Below, in pieces: positions 40,292 to 51,107 of a stretch of DNA of 51,107 nt. Source of the stretch: Pseudomonadota bacterium (GTDB taxonomy: Bacteria; Pseudomonadota; Gammaproteobacteria; Pseudomonadales; Moraxellaceae); the NCBI GenBank assembly GCA_963204705.1, contig CAUJHL010000140.1:1-51107 (forward strand), read 5' to 3'. Below the pieces are notes generated by a model. It saw only the letters and a list, made by a program, of their open reading frames with translations, was not told the origin of the DNA and ran no database searches. Every line of letters starts with the position of its first letter. Within the stretch, counting starts at the first letter, position 1. A program made the translations under genes and the position numbers.

Positions 40292-41570
40292 GATCAAAGC
40301 TCCCGTATTCCCTGAGTCCGTGGCTGATGGCACTGTCGCAACCTGGCATAAAAAAGTCGGCGAACCCGTGACCCGGGACGAAGTGCTAGCGGATATAGAG
40401 ACCGATAAGGTCGTGCTGGAAGTAGTGGCTCCTTCGGATGGTACCCTGACCCAGATCCTCAAAAATGAGGGCGATACCGTACTGTCGGCTGAAGTGCTGG
40501 CTTTATTTACTGCTGGCGCTGGATTTACTGCTGGCCCTGGCGCAGGGGCTGCACCGACCGCACCTACTGCGGCTCCTTCCCAAAAAGCTGTATCACCGGA
40601 TGCGACCGAGCCTGCCGATTTGCAAAAATCCGCCGCCAGTACCCAGGCCGGTGCTACCGCCATTGTGCCGCGTGAAGGCGCTGCTGCTGCGGATACCGAT
40701 CAGAGCCCTGCCGTGCGCAAGGCCATTGCGGAGACCGGAAGTAATGCCGCTGATATCAGTGGCACTGGCCGCGGTGGTCGCATTACCAAAGAAGATGTCC
40801 AGCAGCACCTCAGCCAGCCAGCACCCGCGCCAGTGGCCCCTGCTGCAGCGCTGTCAGTCGCCGTTGGTGAGCGGGTGGAAAAACGCGTTCCCATGACGCG
40901 CCTGCGGGCCAAAGTGGCCGAACGCCTGCTACAGGCTTCGCAAAATACCGCCATGCTGACGACCTTTAACGAAGTCAATATGAGACCCATCATGGACATG
41001 CGCAAGGGTTATCAGGAGCGCTTTGAAAAGCGTCACGGCGTGAAACTGGGCTTTATGTCTTTCTTTGTCAAGGCCGCTACCGAGGCGCTGAAACGCTTCC
41101 CAGCCGTCAATGCCTCGATTGATGGCAACGACATTGTGTATCACGGTTATTACGATCTGGGTGTGGCGGTCTCCTCTGACCGTGGTCTAGTCGTTCCTGT
41201 CCTACGCGATACCGATCGGATGAATCTGGCTGAAATGGAGAAAAACATTCTCGATTACGGCAAAAAGGCCCGTGATGGCAAGCTGGGCATTGATGACCTG
41301 ACCGGCGGTACCTTCACCATTTCCAATGGCGGTGTGTTTGGCTCGCTGATGTCTACGCCGATCCTGAACCCGCCACAAACCGCCATTCTGGGTATGCACA
41401 AGATTCAGGAGCGTCCGATGGCGGTGAATGGCGAAGTGGTCATTCTGCCTATGATGTATCTGGCGTTATCGTATGACCACCGCCTGATCGATGGCAAGGA
41501 AGCGGTACAGTTTCTGGTCACAATCAAAGAGCTGGTCGAAGATCCTGCGCTGTTGCTGCTGGATTTGTGA
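40281..41570 (+). CDS. sucB: Dihydrolipoyllysine-residue succinyltransferase (E2o), single lipoyl domain
   Basis: 429 aa. Lipoyl-lysine motif ([12 protein letters not shown]), Ala/Pro linker, E3-binding segment ([12 protein letters not shown]), catalytic motif ([12 protein letters not shown]). It overlaps the sucA end by 11 nt. Confidence 0.96.
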   Translation: MATEIKAPVFPESVADGTVATWHKKVGEPVTRDEVLADIETDKVVLEVVAPSDGTLTQILKNEGDTVLSAEVLALFTAGAGFTAGPGAGAAPTAPTAAPSQKAVSPDATEPADLQKSAASTQAGATAIVPREGAAAADTDQSPAVRKAIAETGSNAADISGTGRGGRITKEDVQQHLSQPAPAPVAPAAALSVAVGERVEKRVPMTRLRAKVAERLLQASQNTAMLTTFNEVNMRPIMDMRKGYQERFEKRHGVKLGFMSFFVKAATEALKRFPAVNASIDGNDIVYHGYYDLGVAVSSDRGLVVPVLRDTDRMNLAEMEKNILDYGKKARDGKLGIDDLTGGTFTISNGGVFGSLMSTPILNPPQTAILGMHKIQERPMAVNGEVVILPMMYLALSYDHRLIDGKEAVQFLVTIKELVEDPALLLLDL

Positions 41571-41667
41571 TTGGAATGACGAGCTGTTTCAGCATCCATC
41601 CTTGATGCCCAATCGGTCGCTGCTAAACCACGCTTTAGGGCAAGCTGGAAACTATTAATGAGAGTAA

Positions 41668-43107
<1,440 letters not shown>

Positions 43108-43113
43108 TCCATC

Positions 43114-43503
43114 ATGCCCTATAAGCCCGACAGTTTCCCGGATTTGTCACCTTATCTGATCGTCCGTGACATGGCCTCGACACTGGCATTCTTGCGCGCC
43201 GTGTTTCAGGCAAGCGTGATGGATGAGCATTGCCACCCCGATGGTCGCACGCACGTTAGCCTGAAGATTGGCGATAGCGTGCTGATGGTGGGGCAGGCCG
43301 TGGGTGAGTATCAGCCGGCGCCGTGTCATGTGCACCTGTATGTGCCAGACCCTTTGGCGGTGTATGAACAGGCACTGGCACTGGGCGCAACCAGCCTCCA
43401 GCTGCCGGAGCCGCGAGAGGATGGCCATTTACGAGGTGGCTTTCTTGATTTGAACCAGACGGGCTGGTGGGTCGGCTGCCAGCATCTGGTGAACGCTGTT
43501 TAA
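43114..43503 (+). CDS. VOC (glyoxalase/bleomycin-resistance/dioxygenase) superfamily protein, PhnB-like size
   Basis: 129 aa. The pattern L.PYL.V.D...A..F....F.A........dG...H..L.IGDS.LM is typical of small VOC-fold proteins. It starts 6 nt after the lpdA stop. Confidence 0.6.
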   Translation: MPYKPDSFPDLSPYLIVRDMASTLAFLRAVFQASVMDEHCHPDGRTHVSLKIGDSVLMVGQAVGEYQPAPCHVHLYVPDPLAVYEQALALGATSLQLPEPREDGHLRGGFLDLNQTGWWVGCQHLVNAV

Positions 43504-43630
43504 CGCGCTCTTTTTACGCTCTGTTTTTTAAGCACCGCTTGAGTTTTGTTTTCAGCAATACAGTATCAACCCCACTCAGTGATCCTGAGTGGATGGTGTT
43601 AACCCAGCGGGAAATCCAAGGAACCCAGCG

Positions 43631-44821
43631 ATGAATCTACATGAATATCAGGGCAAACAACTCTTTGCTCAATACGGCCTGCCAGTGACCACTGGTATCG
43701 TGGCCAGCACACCTGCTGAAGCACGCGCTGCAGCAGAAAAAATTGGTGGGGGCGTCTGGGTAGTCAAGGCACAGGTACACGCCGGTGGCCGCGGTAAGGC
43801 AGGTGGCGTCAAACTGGTTAAAACGGTTGACGAAGTTGAAGCCTTTGCCAAGGACAAACTGGGCACGCGTCTGGTGACGTTTCAGACCGATGCCAAAGGT
43901 CAGCCGGTTGACAAAATTCTGGTCGATACCCCGATTGATATTGCCAACGAGCTGTATCTGGGCGCCGTGGTCGATCGGGCTACCCGTAAAATCGTGTTTA
44001 TGGCCTCGACTGAAGGTGGCGTCAACATTGAAGATGTAGCGCACAACACCCCTGAATTGATCCACAAAATGACCATCGATCCGTTGATCGGCCCGCAAGC
44101 CTATCAAGGGCGTGAACTGGCTAAAAAACTGGGTCTGGATGCCAAGCAATCTCGCCAGTTTGCCGATATTTTTCAGAAACTTGCCAAATTGTTTGTTGAA
44201 AAGGATCTGGCCCTGCTGGAAATCAATCCACTGGTCATTAAAACCGACGGTGACCTGTTTTGTCTGGATGCGAAAATGGTGATTGACAGCAACGCGCTGT
44301 ATCGCCATCCGGATTTGAAAGCGATGGACGATCCTTCGCAGGTGGACGACCGTGAGCGTCAGGCACAGGCTTGGGATCTCAACTATGTCGCTCTGGAAGG
44401 CAACATTGGCTGTATGGTCAATGGTGCCGGTCTGGCCATGGCGACCATGGACATCATCAAGCTGAAAGGCGGCCAGCCAGCCAACTTCCTGGATGTTGGG
44501 GGCGGAGCGACCAAGGAACGCGTTACCGAAGCCTTTAAAATTATCCTGTCGGATCAGGCGGTTGAAGCTGTACTGGTCAATATCTTCGGTGGGATTGTCC
44601 GGTGTGACATGATCGCTGAAGGCATTATTGCTGCGGTGAAAGAAGTGGGCGTCAAAGTCCCTGTGGTGGTTCGTCTGGAAGGCAATAACGCCGAACTGGG
44701 TGCCCAGAAACTGCGTGACCCTGCACTAAAAGCCAGTGGCCTGAACCTGATTCCTGCACCTTCCCTGAACGAAGCGGGCGAGCTGGTTGTCAAAGCCGCC
44801 GCCGATGCGAAACAAGCCTGA
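43631..44821 (+). CDS. sucC: Succinyl-CoA synthetase beta subunit (ADP-forming)
   Basis: Internal ATG at 43631 gives the canonical [20 protein letters not shown]-terminus. 396 aa with the [18 protein letters not shown] motif. Confidence 0.97.
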   Translation: MNLHEYQGKQLFAQYGLPVTTGIVASTPAEARAAAEKIGGGVWVVKAQVHAGGRGKAGGVKLVKTVDEVEAFAKDKLGTRLVTFQTDAKGQPVDKILVDTPIDIANELYLGAVVDRATRKIVFMASTEGGVNIEDVAHNTPELIHKMTIDPLIGPQAYQGRELAKKLGLDAKQSRQFADIFQKLAKLFVEKDLALLEINPLVIKTDGDLFCLDAKMVIDSNALYRHPDLKAMDDPSQVDDRERQAQAWDLNYVALEGNIGCMVNGAGLAMATMDIIKLKGGQPANFLDVGGGATKERVTEAFKIILSDQAVEAVLVNIFGGIVRCDMIAEGIIAAVKEVGVKVPVVVRLEGNNAELGAQKLRDPALKASGLNLIPAPSLNEAGELVVKAAADAKQA

Positions 44822-44837
44822 GACTTTGGAGTAAACC

Positions 44838-45716
44838 ATGAGTGTATTAATCGACAAAAACACCAAAGTCATCTGTCAGGGCATCACGGGTGCGCAGGGC
44901 AGTTTTCACACCGAACAAGCGATTGCTTACGGTACCAACATGGTGGGTGGCGTGACCCCTGGCAAAGGCGGTACGACGCATCTGGGCCTACCGGTATTTG
45001 ATACTGTAGAAGAAGCCGTCAAAGCCACCGGCGCCACCGCCTCGGTGATTTATGTGCCTGCTCCTTTTTGCAAGGATTCCATTCTGGAAGCCGCCGATGC
45101 TGGCATTGAGCTGATCGTCTGCATTACCGAAGGCATTCCGACCATTGATATGCTGTACGTCAAGGAATACCTGCTGAGCAAAAAGCCGAATGTGCGCATG
45201 ATCGGCCCGAACTGCCCCGGTATCATTACCCCCGGCCAGTCCAAAATTGGCATCATGCCCGGCAGCATTCATTTGCCCGGTAAAGTCGGCATCGTCTCCC
45301 GTTCGGGCACCCTGACCTACGAAGCCGTAAAACAGACCACCGATCTGGGCTTTGGCCAGTCTACCTGTATCGGTATTGGCGGGGATCCGATTCCCGGCAT
45401 GACCTTTATTGATGCGCTGAAACTGTTCCAGAACGATCCGCAGACCGAAGCCATCATCATGGTCGGTGAAATCGGTGGCAGTGCCGAAGAAGAAGCTGCA
45501 GCCTTTATCAAGGAACATGTCACCAAGCCAGTCGTGTCCTACATTGCGGGCGTCACGGCGCCGGCGGGCAAGCGCATGGGCCATGCGGGCGCCATCATTT
45601 CGGGCGGGAAGGGAACTGCTGCAGAAAAATTTGCTGCCTTGCAGGCTGCGGGGGTAAAAACCGTGGACAACCCGGCCATGCTGGGTCAGGGCATTAAAGA
45701 AATCACGGGCTGGTAA
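44838..45716 (+). CDS. sucD: Succinyl-CoA synthetase alpha subunit
   Basis: 292 aa. [18 protein letters not shown]..., SRSGTLTYE, and the phosphohistidine loop [14 protein letters not shown]. Confidence 0.97.
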   Translation: MSVLIDKNTKVICQGITGAQGSFHTEQAIAYGTNMVGGVTPGKGGTTHLGLPVFDTVEEAVKATGATASVIYVPAPFCKDSILEAADAGIELIVCITEGIPTIDMLYVKEYLLSKKPNVRMIGPNCPGIITPGQSKIGIMPGSIHLPGKVGIVSRSGTLTYEAVKQTTDLGFGQSTCIGIGGDPIPGMTFIDALKLFQNDPQTEAIIMVGEIGGSAEEEAAAFIKEHVTKPVVSYIAGVTAPAGKRMGHAGAIISGGKGTAAEKFAALQAAGVKTVDNPAMLGQGIKEITGW

Positions 45717-45731
45717 GGTCTGGTTTCCCTC

Positions 45732-45768
45732 AAAACCGCCCTGGGTCGCACGGGGTGGTTTTGTGTTT
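45732..45768 (+). terminator. Rho-independent terminator after sucD
   Basis: aaaaccgccc-tgggtcgcac-ggggtggtttt (10-bp stem with one G-T pair), followed by a T-rich tail. Confidence 0.75.
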
Positions 45769-45835
45769 CTGAGGTAGTAGGATGTCAATTGATGTGCTTT
45801 TGACTTTTCTGCCTGCGAAGTTTCAAGCCTCCGAC

Positions 45836-45864
45836 TAGCCAACCGCACTTAAACTCTGTACAAT
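45836..45864 (+). promoter_or_regulatory. Putative sigma70 promoter for rpsO
   Basis: -35 TAGCCA (45836-41), a 17-nt spacer, then -10 TACAAT (45859-64), about 60 nt upstream of the rpsO ATG. Sequence match only. Confidence 0.4.
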
Positions 45865-45925
45865 CCGGCCTTCGCTGTAGTGATGCGCGGCGAACCTTTA
45901 TTGTCAAAGCATCTCGGAGTTTGTT

Positions 45926-46195
45926 ATGTCCCTGACCAATGCCGATCGCGCTGCGATCATCGCTCAACATGCCCGCGGCCAGAATGACACCGGTTCACCG
46001 GAAGTTCAGGTTGCCCTGCTGTCTGCACAGATCAACGATCTGCAAACACACTTCAAGGCACACAAGCATGATCACCACAGCCGCCGCGGTCTGATTCGTA
46101 TGGTTAACCAGCGCCGTAGCCTGCTGGATTACCTGAAACGTAAAGACAGCGATCGCTATCAGGCACTGATCAGCACACTGGGTCTGCGTCGCTAA
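45926..46195 (+). CDS. rpsO: 30S ribosomal protein S15
   Basis: 89 aa. ...[55 protein letters not shown]..., canonical S15. Confidence 0.97.
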   Translation: MSLTNADRAAIIAQHARGQNDTGSPEVQVALLSAQINDLQTHFKAHKHDHHSRRGLIRMVNQRRSLLDYLKRKDSDRYQALISTLGLRR

Positions 46196-46240
46196 GACTC
46201 TGTCCAGCGTGATGAAAGCTGTGCTGTATTGAGTTCGAGA

Positions 46241-46270
46241 AGGGGGCTAGAGGCTCCCTTTTTGTTTTTA
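46241..46270 (+). terminator. rpsO terminator/attenuator hairpin
   Basis: gggggc-taga-ggctccc imperfect stem followed by tttttgttttt. Confidence 0.6.
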
Positions 46271-46438
46271 GAGCAGGTTGGGCCACTGTGTAATCCAGAC
46301 CGTACTGGACTGGCTTCTAAGCCCTAAAGTCTGAATTGACCATAGACCTTAGCGCTTAGGGGCTTCCAGCAAAAAACAGGATTGTCAGGGCTGAGACTGC
46401 TGTTCACATGATTAATGGAAAATCAATATCTTATGTCA

Positions 46439-48523
46439 ATGTTTACTGTTATTCGCAAAGAGTTTCAATTTGGTCAGTATACTGTCGTGCTGGAAACCGG
46501 CCGGATTGCCCGTCAGGCCAATTCTGTCTACATCACCATGGGTGGTGTCTCGGTATTGGTGGCAGTTGTTGCTGCATCGACTGTTAAAGCCGGTCAGGAT
46601 TTTTTCCCTCTGACGGTTAATTATCAGGAAAAACAATACGCTGCTGGTCGCATCCCTGGCGGCTATGGGAAGCGCGAAGGTCGTCCTTCCGAAAATGAAA
46701 CGCTGGTTTCCCGCCTGATTGACCGCCCGATTCGTCCTCTGTTCCCCGAAGGGTTCTTCAACGAAGTGCAAGTCACTGCTACCGTTGTTTCTTCGGACAA
46801 AACCATGGAAGCCGACATCGCCGCCATGCTGGGCACCTCGGCTGCTTTGTCGATTGCGGGCATTCCCTTCCGTGGCCCGATTGCTGGCGCACGTGTTGGC
46901 CTGATCAATGGCGAGTACATCCTGAACCCCTCACTGGCCCAGATGGCGGTGAGTGAGCTGGATCTGGTGGTTGCAGGTACCGATAAAGCCGTGCTGATGG
47001 TCGAATCCGAAGCCAAGGAATTGTCCGAAGACCAGATGCTGGGCGCAGTGCTGTTTGGCCATGACGAAATGCAGGTGGCGATTCAGGCCATCAAGCAGTT
47101 TGCAGCCGAAGTGAACACGCCTGCCAGCAACTGGACTGCCCCCGTTCAGAATGAAGCCCTCAAAGCCCAGCTCAAAGAGCGCTTTGCTGAGCAGATTTCC
47201 CAGGCCTATACCATTGCGGAAAAACAAACCCGTTACAGCACGCTGGATGCCATCAAGCAGCAGGCGCTGGCGGAATTTGCGGCTGAAGGCAGCAACGTTG
47301 ATACCGATGAATTGCTGAATCTGTTTGAAGACCTGAAATACCGTACCGTGCGTGACAATATTCTTTCCGGCAAGCCACGGATTGATGGACGCGATACCAA
47401 AACCGTTCGTGCGCTGGACATCCAGACCAGTGTTTTGCCTCGCGCGCATGGTTCCTCCCTGTTTACCCGTGGTGAAACTCAGGCGCTGGTCACAGCCACT
47501 CTCGGTAACACCCGTGATGCGCTGATGGTGGATTCCCTTGCCGGAACCCGTACCGACAATTTCATGCTCCATTACAACTTCCCATCCTATTCGGTGGGTG
47601 AAACCGGCCGTGATTCTGGCCCGAAACGCCGTGAGATTGGCCATGGCCGTCTGGCGCGTCGGGGTGTACAGGCTGTTTTGCCTGCGGCGGATCGCTTCCC
47701 TTACGTCATTCGTATCGTGTCGGATATTACCGAGTCCAATGGCTCGTCCTCGATGGCCTCGGTCTGTGGTGCTTCGCTGGCGCTGATGGATGCGGGTGTC
47801 CCGCTAAAAGCCCCGGTTGCCGGTATCGCCATGGGTCTGGTCAAGGAAGGCGAGCGCTTTGCCGTACTGTCCGATATTCTGGGTGACGAAGATCATCTGG
47901 GTGATATGGACTTTAAAGTGGCTGGTTCTGCCAATGGCATTACCGCGCTGCAAATGGACATCAAAATCGAAGGCATCACCGAAGAAATCATGGAAGTCGC
48001 GCTGAATCAGGCCTACTCTGGCCGGATGCACATCCTGAACGCCATGAATCAGGTCTTGCCACGTACCCGTCCTGAAATCAGCATGCATGCGCCAACCTAT
48101 GCCGTGGTGCAGATCAATCCGGACAAAATCCGTGATGTCATTGGCAAGGGTGGTGCAACCATTCGTGCCCTGACCGAAGAAACCAAGGCCAGCATTGACA
48201 TTGAAGACAATGGTACCGTGCGCGTATTTGGTGAAACCAAAGCTGCGACGCAGGCCGCGATTGCCAAGATTCAGGCACTGACCGCTGAAGTAGAGCCTGG
48301 TACCATTTATGAGGGCACCGTGGTTCGCATTGTGGAGTTTGGCGCATTCGTCAACCTGCTGCCGGGAACCGATGGCCTGTTGCACATTTCCCAGATTTCC
48401 AACCAGCGCATTGCCAATGTGGCAGACGTGCTGCAGGAAGGTCAGAAAGTACGTGTGCAGGTACTGGATGTCGATCAGCGTGGCCGTATTAAACTGTCCA
48501 TGAAGGATCTGCCACAGGACTGA
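46439..48523 (+). CDS. pnp: Polyribonucleotide nucleotidyltransferase (PNPase)
   Basis: [27 protein letters not shown] parallels E. coli [27 protein letters not shown]. It has two RNase PH-like domains, KH ([15 protein letters not shown]) and S1 ([27 protein letters not shown]). Upstream in-frame ATGs at 46415 and 46433 are alternative starts. Confidence 0.96.
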   Translation: MFTVIRKEFQFGQYTVVLETGRIARQANSVYITMGGVSVLVAVVAASTVKAGQDFFPLTVNYQEKQYAAGRIPGGYGKREGRPSENETLVSRLIDRPIRPLFPEGFFNEVQVTATVVSSDKTMEADIAAMLGTSAALSIAGIPFRGPIAGARVGLINGEYILNPSLAQMAVSELDLVVAGTDKAVLMVESEAKELSEDQMLGAVLFGHDEMQVAIQAIKQFAAEVNTPASNWTAPVQNEALKAQLKERFAEQISQAYTIAEKQTRYSTLDAIKQQALAEFAAEGSNVDTDELLNLFEDLKYRTVRDNILSGKPRIDGRDTKTVRALDIQTSVLPRAHGSSLFTRGETQALVTATLGNTRDALMVDSLAGTRTDNFMLHYNFPSYSVGETGRDSGPKRREIGHGRLARRGVQAVLPAADRFPYVIRIVSDITESNGSSSMASVCGASLALMDAGVPLKAPVAGIAMGLVKEGERFAVLSDILGDEDHLGDMDFKVAGSANGITALQMDIKIEGITEEIMEVALNQAYSGRMHILNAMNQVLPRTRPEISMHAPTYAVVQINPDKIRDVIGKGGATIRALTEETKASIDIEDNGTVRVFGETKAATQAAIAKIQALTAEVEPGTIYEGTVVRIVEFGAFVNLLPGTDGLLHISQISNQRIANVADVLQEGQKVRVQVLDVDQRGRIKLSMKDLPQD

Positions 48524-48541
48524 TGTTTGGAAATACTGGAG

Positions 48542-48567
48542 CCTCCCCTGAGCATTCAAAGGGGAGG
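48542..48567 (+). terminator. Hairpin after pnp (no clear U-tract)
   Basis: cctcccc-tgagcattcaaa-ggggagg, 18 nt after the pnp stop. Confidence 0.4.
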
Positions 48568-48709
48568 ACCTCTGGTCATGTCAGACGATGACAAGATGAA
48601 ATGCCAAGGAAACAGGCGAAAAATAAAGCGTTGTAGGACACTTTAAAGCACACTGTCTTCATGCTATCTTCGCTGCTAGCAGGACAACAACAATAGAGGA
48701 TCCAAGGGT

Positions 48710-49747
48710 ATGTCTACCGTTCGTAGAGTCCGTCAGGGGTTGACGGTTGTGGCTGCGTCCGCGCTGTTGATGACGGGTTGTTCCCAGATTATCAAGGGTG
48801 GCGCGACCATTGCCCTGCGTTTCAGTGAAAATCATCTTGTTCCACCCATCGTACAGATGGAAGACACCAACATGATTTGCCAGTCTGGCAATTCCATGAC
48901 CCCATTGATTGTTGCCACTCAGAGTATGGGCGCTGACCCCACCAAAATGGCCGTCTTGCTGTACGCCGGTGCAGGTCTTTGCGCAGAGGATGAGGCACTT
49001 AAAGCCGAGCTGAATTACCTGCGTTCTGCCCGTGCCGGGAAAGTGGAAGAAGCACAGGATGCCCGTATTGAGCAAAAGCGCTGGGCTGAAATTGCCGCAC
49101 GGCGCCAGTTTGCTGCGTACCAGATGTTCAATCAGACCTGGGAACGCGACTACAAAATCAAGCTGGGTGACCAGTGCCCAAGCATGAAAACCGACCTGGA
49201 TCAGACCATTTACCTGCTGGGGATGGTGTCTGGCTTGCAAGCGGTTACCAATGACATCAATGCCCAGGGTGCCGTCAATGTGCCCAAGGACATTGCGGCG
49301 ATCGTTGAGCGCGGCATGAAATGCCTGGACAATGAAAAGTTCTGGGGAACACCCACGGCGATTCGGGCAGCGATCTGGACACTGCTTCCCGGTGCCAGCG
49401 AAGGAAAGCCGGATCCTTTCCAGACCATGAAAGACCAGACCCGTATTGGCGAAAGAACTGGCGTTCGCTTGCCGCATGCGATTTATGCGCTTGCTGCTCA
49501 GGCAACCGGCAAGGATGAATACATTCGTGATGCCTTGCGCACGTATGGCAAAACGGTCGAAAACAATATGGCGGTCAATCCCAAATTCAAACTGTTTGAT
49601 GCCATGGGGGCCCATTTGGTGATGGGTATTGCCGATCGTTACTGGACGGAAAAAACCGGCACCCGTACTCCGGATGGTGGTTTGACCCGTTTCTGGGATG
49701 AAAAACCTGCCGATGAAACCGGTATTAATGTGGATGATTTGCTCTAA
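48710..49747 (+). CDS. Lipoprotein, helical, possibly a TatT-type TRAP-transporter-associated component
   Basis: 345 aa. Signal peptide plus lipobox (AASALLMTG|CSQ). The mature part is rich in A/L/K/E/Q helical-looking segments. It is adjacent to an SBP-like gene and a permease start. The TatT assignment is by context only. Confidence 0.55.
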   Translation: MSTVRRVRQGLTVVAASALLMTGCSQIIKGGATIALRFSENHLVPPIVQMEDTNMICQSGNSMTPLIVATQSMGADPTKMAVLLYAGAGLCAEDEALKAELNYLRSARAGKVEEAQDARIEQKRWAEIAARRQFAAYQMFNQTWERDYKIKLGDQCPSMKTDLDQTIYLLGMVSGLQAVTNDINAQGAVNVPKDIAAIVERGMKCLDNEKFWGTPTAIRAAIWTLLPGASEGKPDPFQTMKDQTRIGERTGVRLPHAIYALAAQATGKDEYIRDALRTYGKTVENNMAVNPKFKLFDAMGAHLVMGIADRYWTEKTGTRTPDGGLTRFWDEKPADETGINVDDLL

Positions 49748-49768
49748 GTCTCTCCACGATGGAACCAG

Positions 49769-49791
49769 CCACCCTTCGGGGTGGTTTTTTT
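49769..49791 (+). terminator. Rho-independent terminator between the lipoprotein gene and the SBP gene
   Basis: ccaccc-ttcg-gggtgg followed by TTTTTTT. Confidence 0.85.
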
Positions 49792-49913
49792 ATCCTTAAA
49801 TTGACTCCTTAAAGCTGGAAACCCTTGCCCCGCTGCGCAATAGTCTCCATCATTGTTACGTACAGTTCTTAGCTCAATAATGTCGTGATTGGTTCAACAG
49901 GAGCAGGCAAGCA

Positions 49914-51023
49914 ATGGTGGGTCTACGTCCAGTGATGCGCGGTTTGGCGGGTATGGCTATCTGGAGCGCGGCTGGACTGGTTTTGGCCGCTCCAGCGGTT
50001 TCCGGGCAATTTGCGCAAACTATGCGGCCTACGACTGCGGCCAAGGCACAGCCAGTCACACAGGCTCCCGTGAGCATGGTCAAGCGTAGCCTGTGTGTAT
50101 GGGACATGATGGGGCAAAATGGCGAAATTTTTGCCATGATGAGAGACTATCAGGTCAAGGCCGCCAGCATGGGAGTGGATTTTGAGCTAAAGCCCTATGT
50201 CGAAGAAAAAATTGCCAGTGAAGATTTTCGGGTCAAATACTGCGATGCCGTGATCATGACGGGACTACGGGTCAGGCCATTTAATGCCTTTACCGGCAGT
50301 ATTGAGGCGATTGCGGCCATTCCCACTGACGAACACATGCGCAAGCTCATTACTGTGCTGAGTGCACCCGGCAGTGCCCGTTACATGCAAACCGATTTTG
50401 ATGGTCAGAAATACGAAGTGGCAGGAATCTTGCCCTTTGGTACGGCGTATGCCTTTGTCAATGATCGTAAAATTGATACGGTCGAAGAGGTAAATGGCAA
50501 AAAAATCGCGATTTTTGACCACGATAAAGCACAGGCCCAGCTGACCAAAAATCTGGGGGCATTGTCTGATCCTTCCGATGTCACCAATTTCAGCGGCAAA
50601 TTTAATAACGGCAAGGTCAATATCGTGATTGCTCCATTGATTGCCTATCGGGCGCTGGAGCTGTATCGCGGCATGGGCAAAAACGGTGGCGTGATTGATT
50701 TTAATCTGGCGCAAGTGAGCTTGCAGGTATTGATCCATCCAGAGCGTTTTCCAGCAGGTTTTGGTCAGAAATCACGGGAATACCTTGCCAGCATGTACGA
50801 CAAGCAATTGAAAATGATCCAGAATCATTACCATGAAATTGCTGACAAAGACTGGATACACATCACCGATGCCAATCGTGATCGCTATCAGAACATGGCA
50901 CGCGATGCCCGTATCCGCATGATCAAAGATGGCATTTACGATGCCAAGATGATGAGCCTGTTGCGCAAAATCCGTTGTCAAATGACACCTGTACTGGCGG
51001 AATGCAGCCTGAGCGGAGAGTGA
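49914..51023 (+). CDS. Secreted putative solute-binding protein (atypical TRAP-associated periplasmic protein)
   Basis: 369 aa with a signal peptide (GMAIWSAAGLVLAAPAVSG). SD aggag lies 10 nt upstream. Its stop overlaps the GTG of a hydrophobic ORF (GTGA at 51020-51023), as is usual for binding-protein/permease coupling. Confidence 0.55.
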   Translation: MVGLRPVMRGLAGMAIWSAAGLVLAAPAVSGQFAQTMRPTTAAKAQPVTQAPVSMVKRSLCVWDMMGQNGEIFAMMRDYQVKAASMGVDFELKPYVEEKIASEDFRVKYCDAVIMTGLRVRPFNAFTGSIEAIAAIPTDEHMRKLITVLSAPGSARYMQTDFDGQKYEVAGILPFGTAYAFVNDRKIDTVEEVNGKKIAIFDHDKAQAQLTKNLGALSDPSDVTNFSGKFNNGKVNIVIAPLIAYRALELYRGMGKNGGVIDFNLAQVSLQVLIHPERFPAGFGQKSREYLASMYDKQLKMIQNHYHEIADKDWIHITDANRDRYQNMARDARIRMIKDGIYDAKMMSLLRKIRCQMTPVLAECSLSGE

Positions 51024-51107
51024 ATGCCGCAGCCGGACTCAAGAACTGGCTGGGTTCGAGGCTTGGATTTTGGGAACTGTTTGCCCTTGCCTTGCTACTG
51101 GTACTTG
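51020..51107 (+). CDS. Start of a membrane protein, possibly a TRAP small permease (DctQ-like); truncated by the window end
   Basis: GTG at 51020 opens the frame MNAAAGLKNWLGSRLGFWELFALALLLVL..., a hydrophobic helix. Another frame from the ATG at 51025 is also open but not membrane-like. Only 29 codons are visible. Confidence 0.35.
   Translation, partial: MNAAAGLKNWLGSRLGFWELFALALLLVL

Noticed and set aside
48710-49747. Considered calling the lipoprotein after pnp NlpI, because pnp-nlpI synteny exists in Enterobacteria
   Set aside because: The sequence does not resemble remembered NlpI: it has a different length, no matching TPR blocks, and a different N-terminal mature region. The context instead points to a transporter accessory protein.

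Overview
This is a 51.1-kb chromosomal window from a Gammaproteobacterium. Gene content and order look Pseudomonadales/Moraxellaceae-like, but I cannot name the organism. Hand counts of individual 60-nt lines give roughly 50-60% G+C. Most of the window is core energy metabolism on the + strand. It holds a complete 13-gene NADH:quinone oxidoreductase operon nuoA-N with fused nuoCD (7.2-22.4 kb). It also holds the TCA supercluster: gltA divergent from sdhCDAB (26.8-32.1 kb), then sucA-sucB-lpdA-(VOC gene)-sucC-sucD (37.4-45.7 kb). Other housekeeping genes are rpmI-rplT, hemW, nadE, rpsO-pnp and the 3' part of a P1B heavy-metal ATPase. A minus-strand lipoprotein/MATE/EamA trio lies at 1.4-4.6 kb. 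The most unusual region is a visibly lower-GC (about 40-50% on hand-counted lines) segment of about 5 kb between sdhB and sucA. It encodes a 569-aa Thr/Asn/Ala-rich lipoprotein with no family I recognise, followed by a stand-alone 692-aa YjbH/GfcD-family outer-membrane protein. The usual yjbEFG/gfcABC or Wza/Wzc partners are absent, as are mobility genes. Related hairpins sharing an exact 10-mer sit at both edges of this segment. Secondary items follow. A translationally coupled small zinc-ribbon membrane protein plus HExxH protein lies at 25.6-26.4 kb, and an orphan 368-aa helical protein lies next to nadE. NuoA carries a long C-terminal extension, and a structured 219-bp spacer sits inside the nuo operon. 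The last 2.4 kb holds a lipoprotein + atypical solute-binding protein + permease start that may be a TatT-type TRAP transporter. I found no rRNA, tRNA, CRISPR array, transposase or integrase. All homology statements come from motifs and remembered family features, not from searches.
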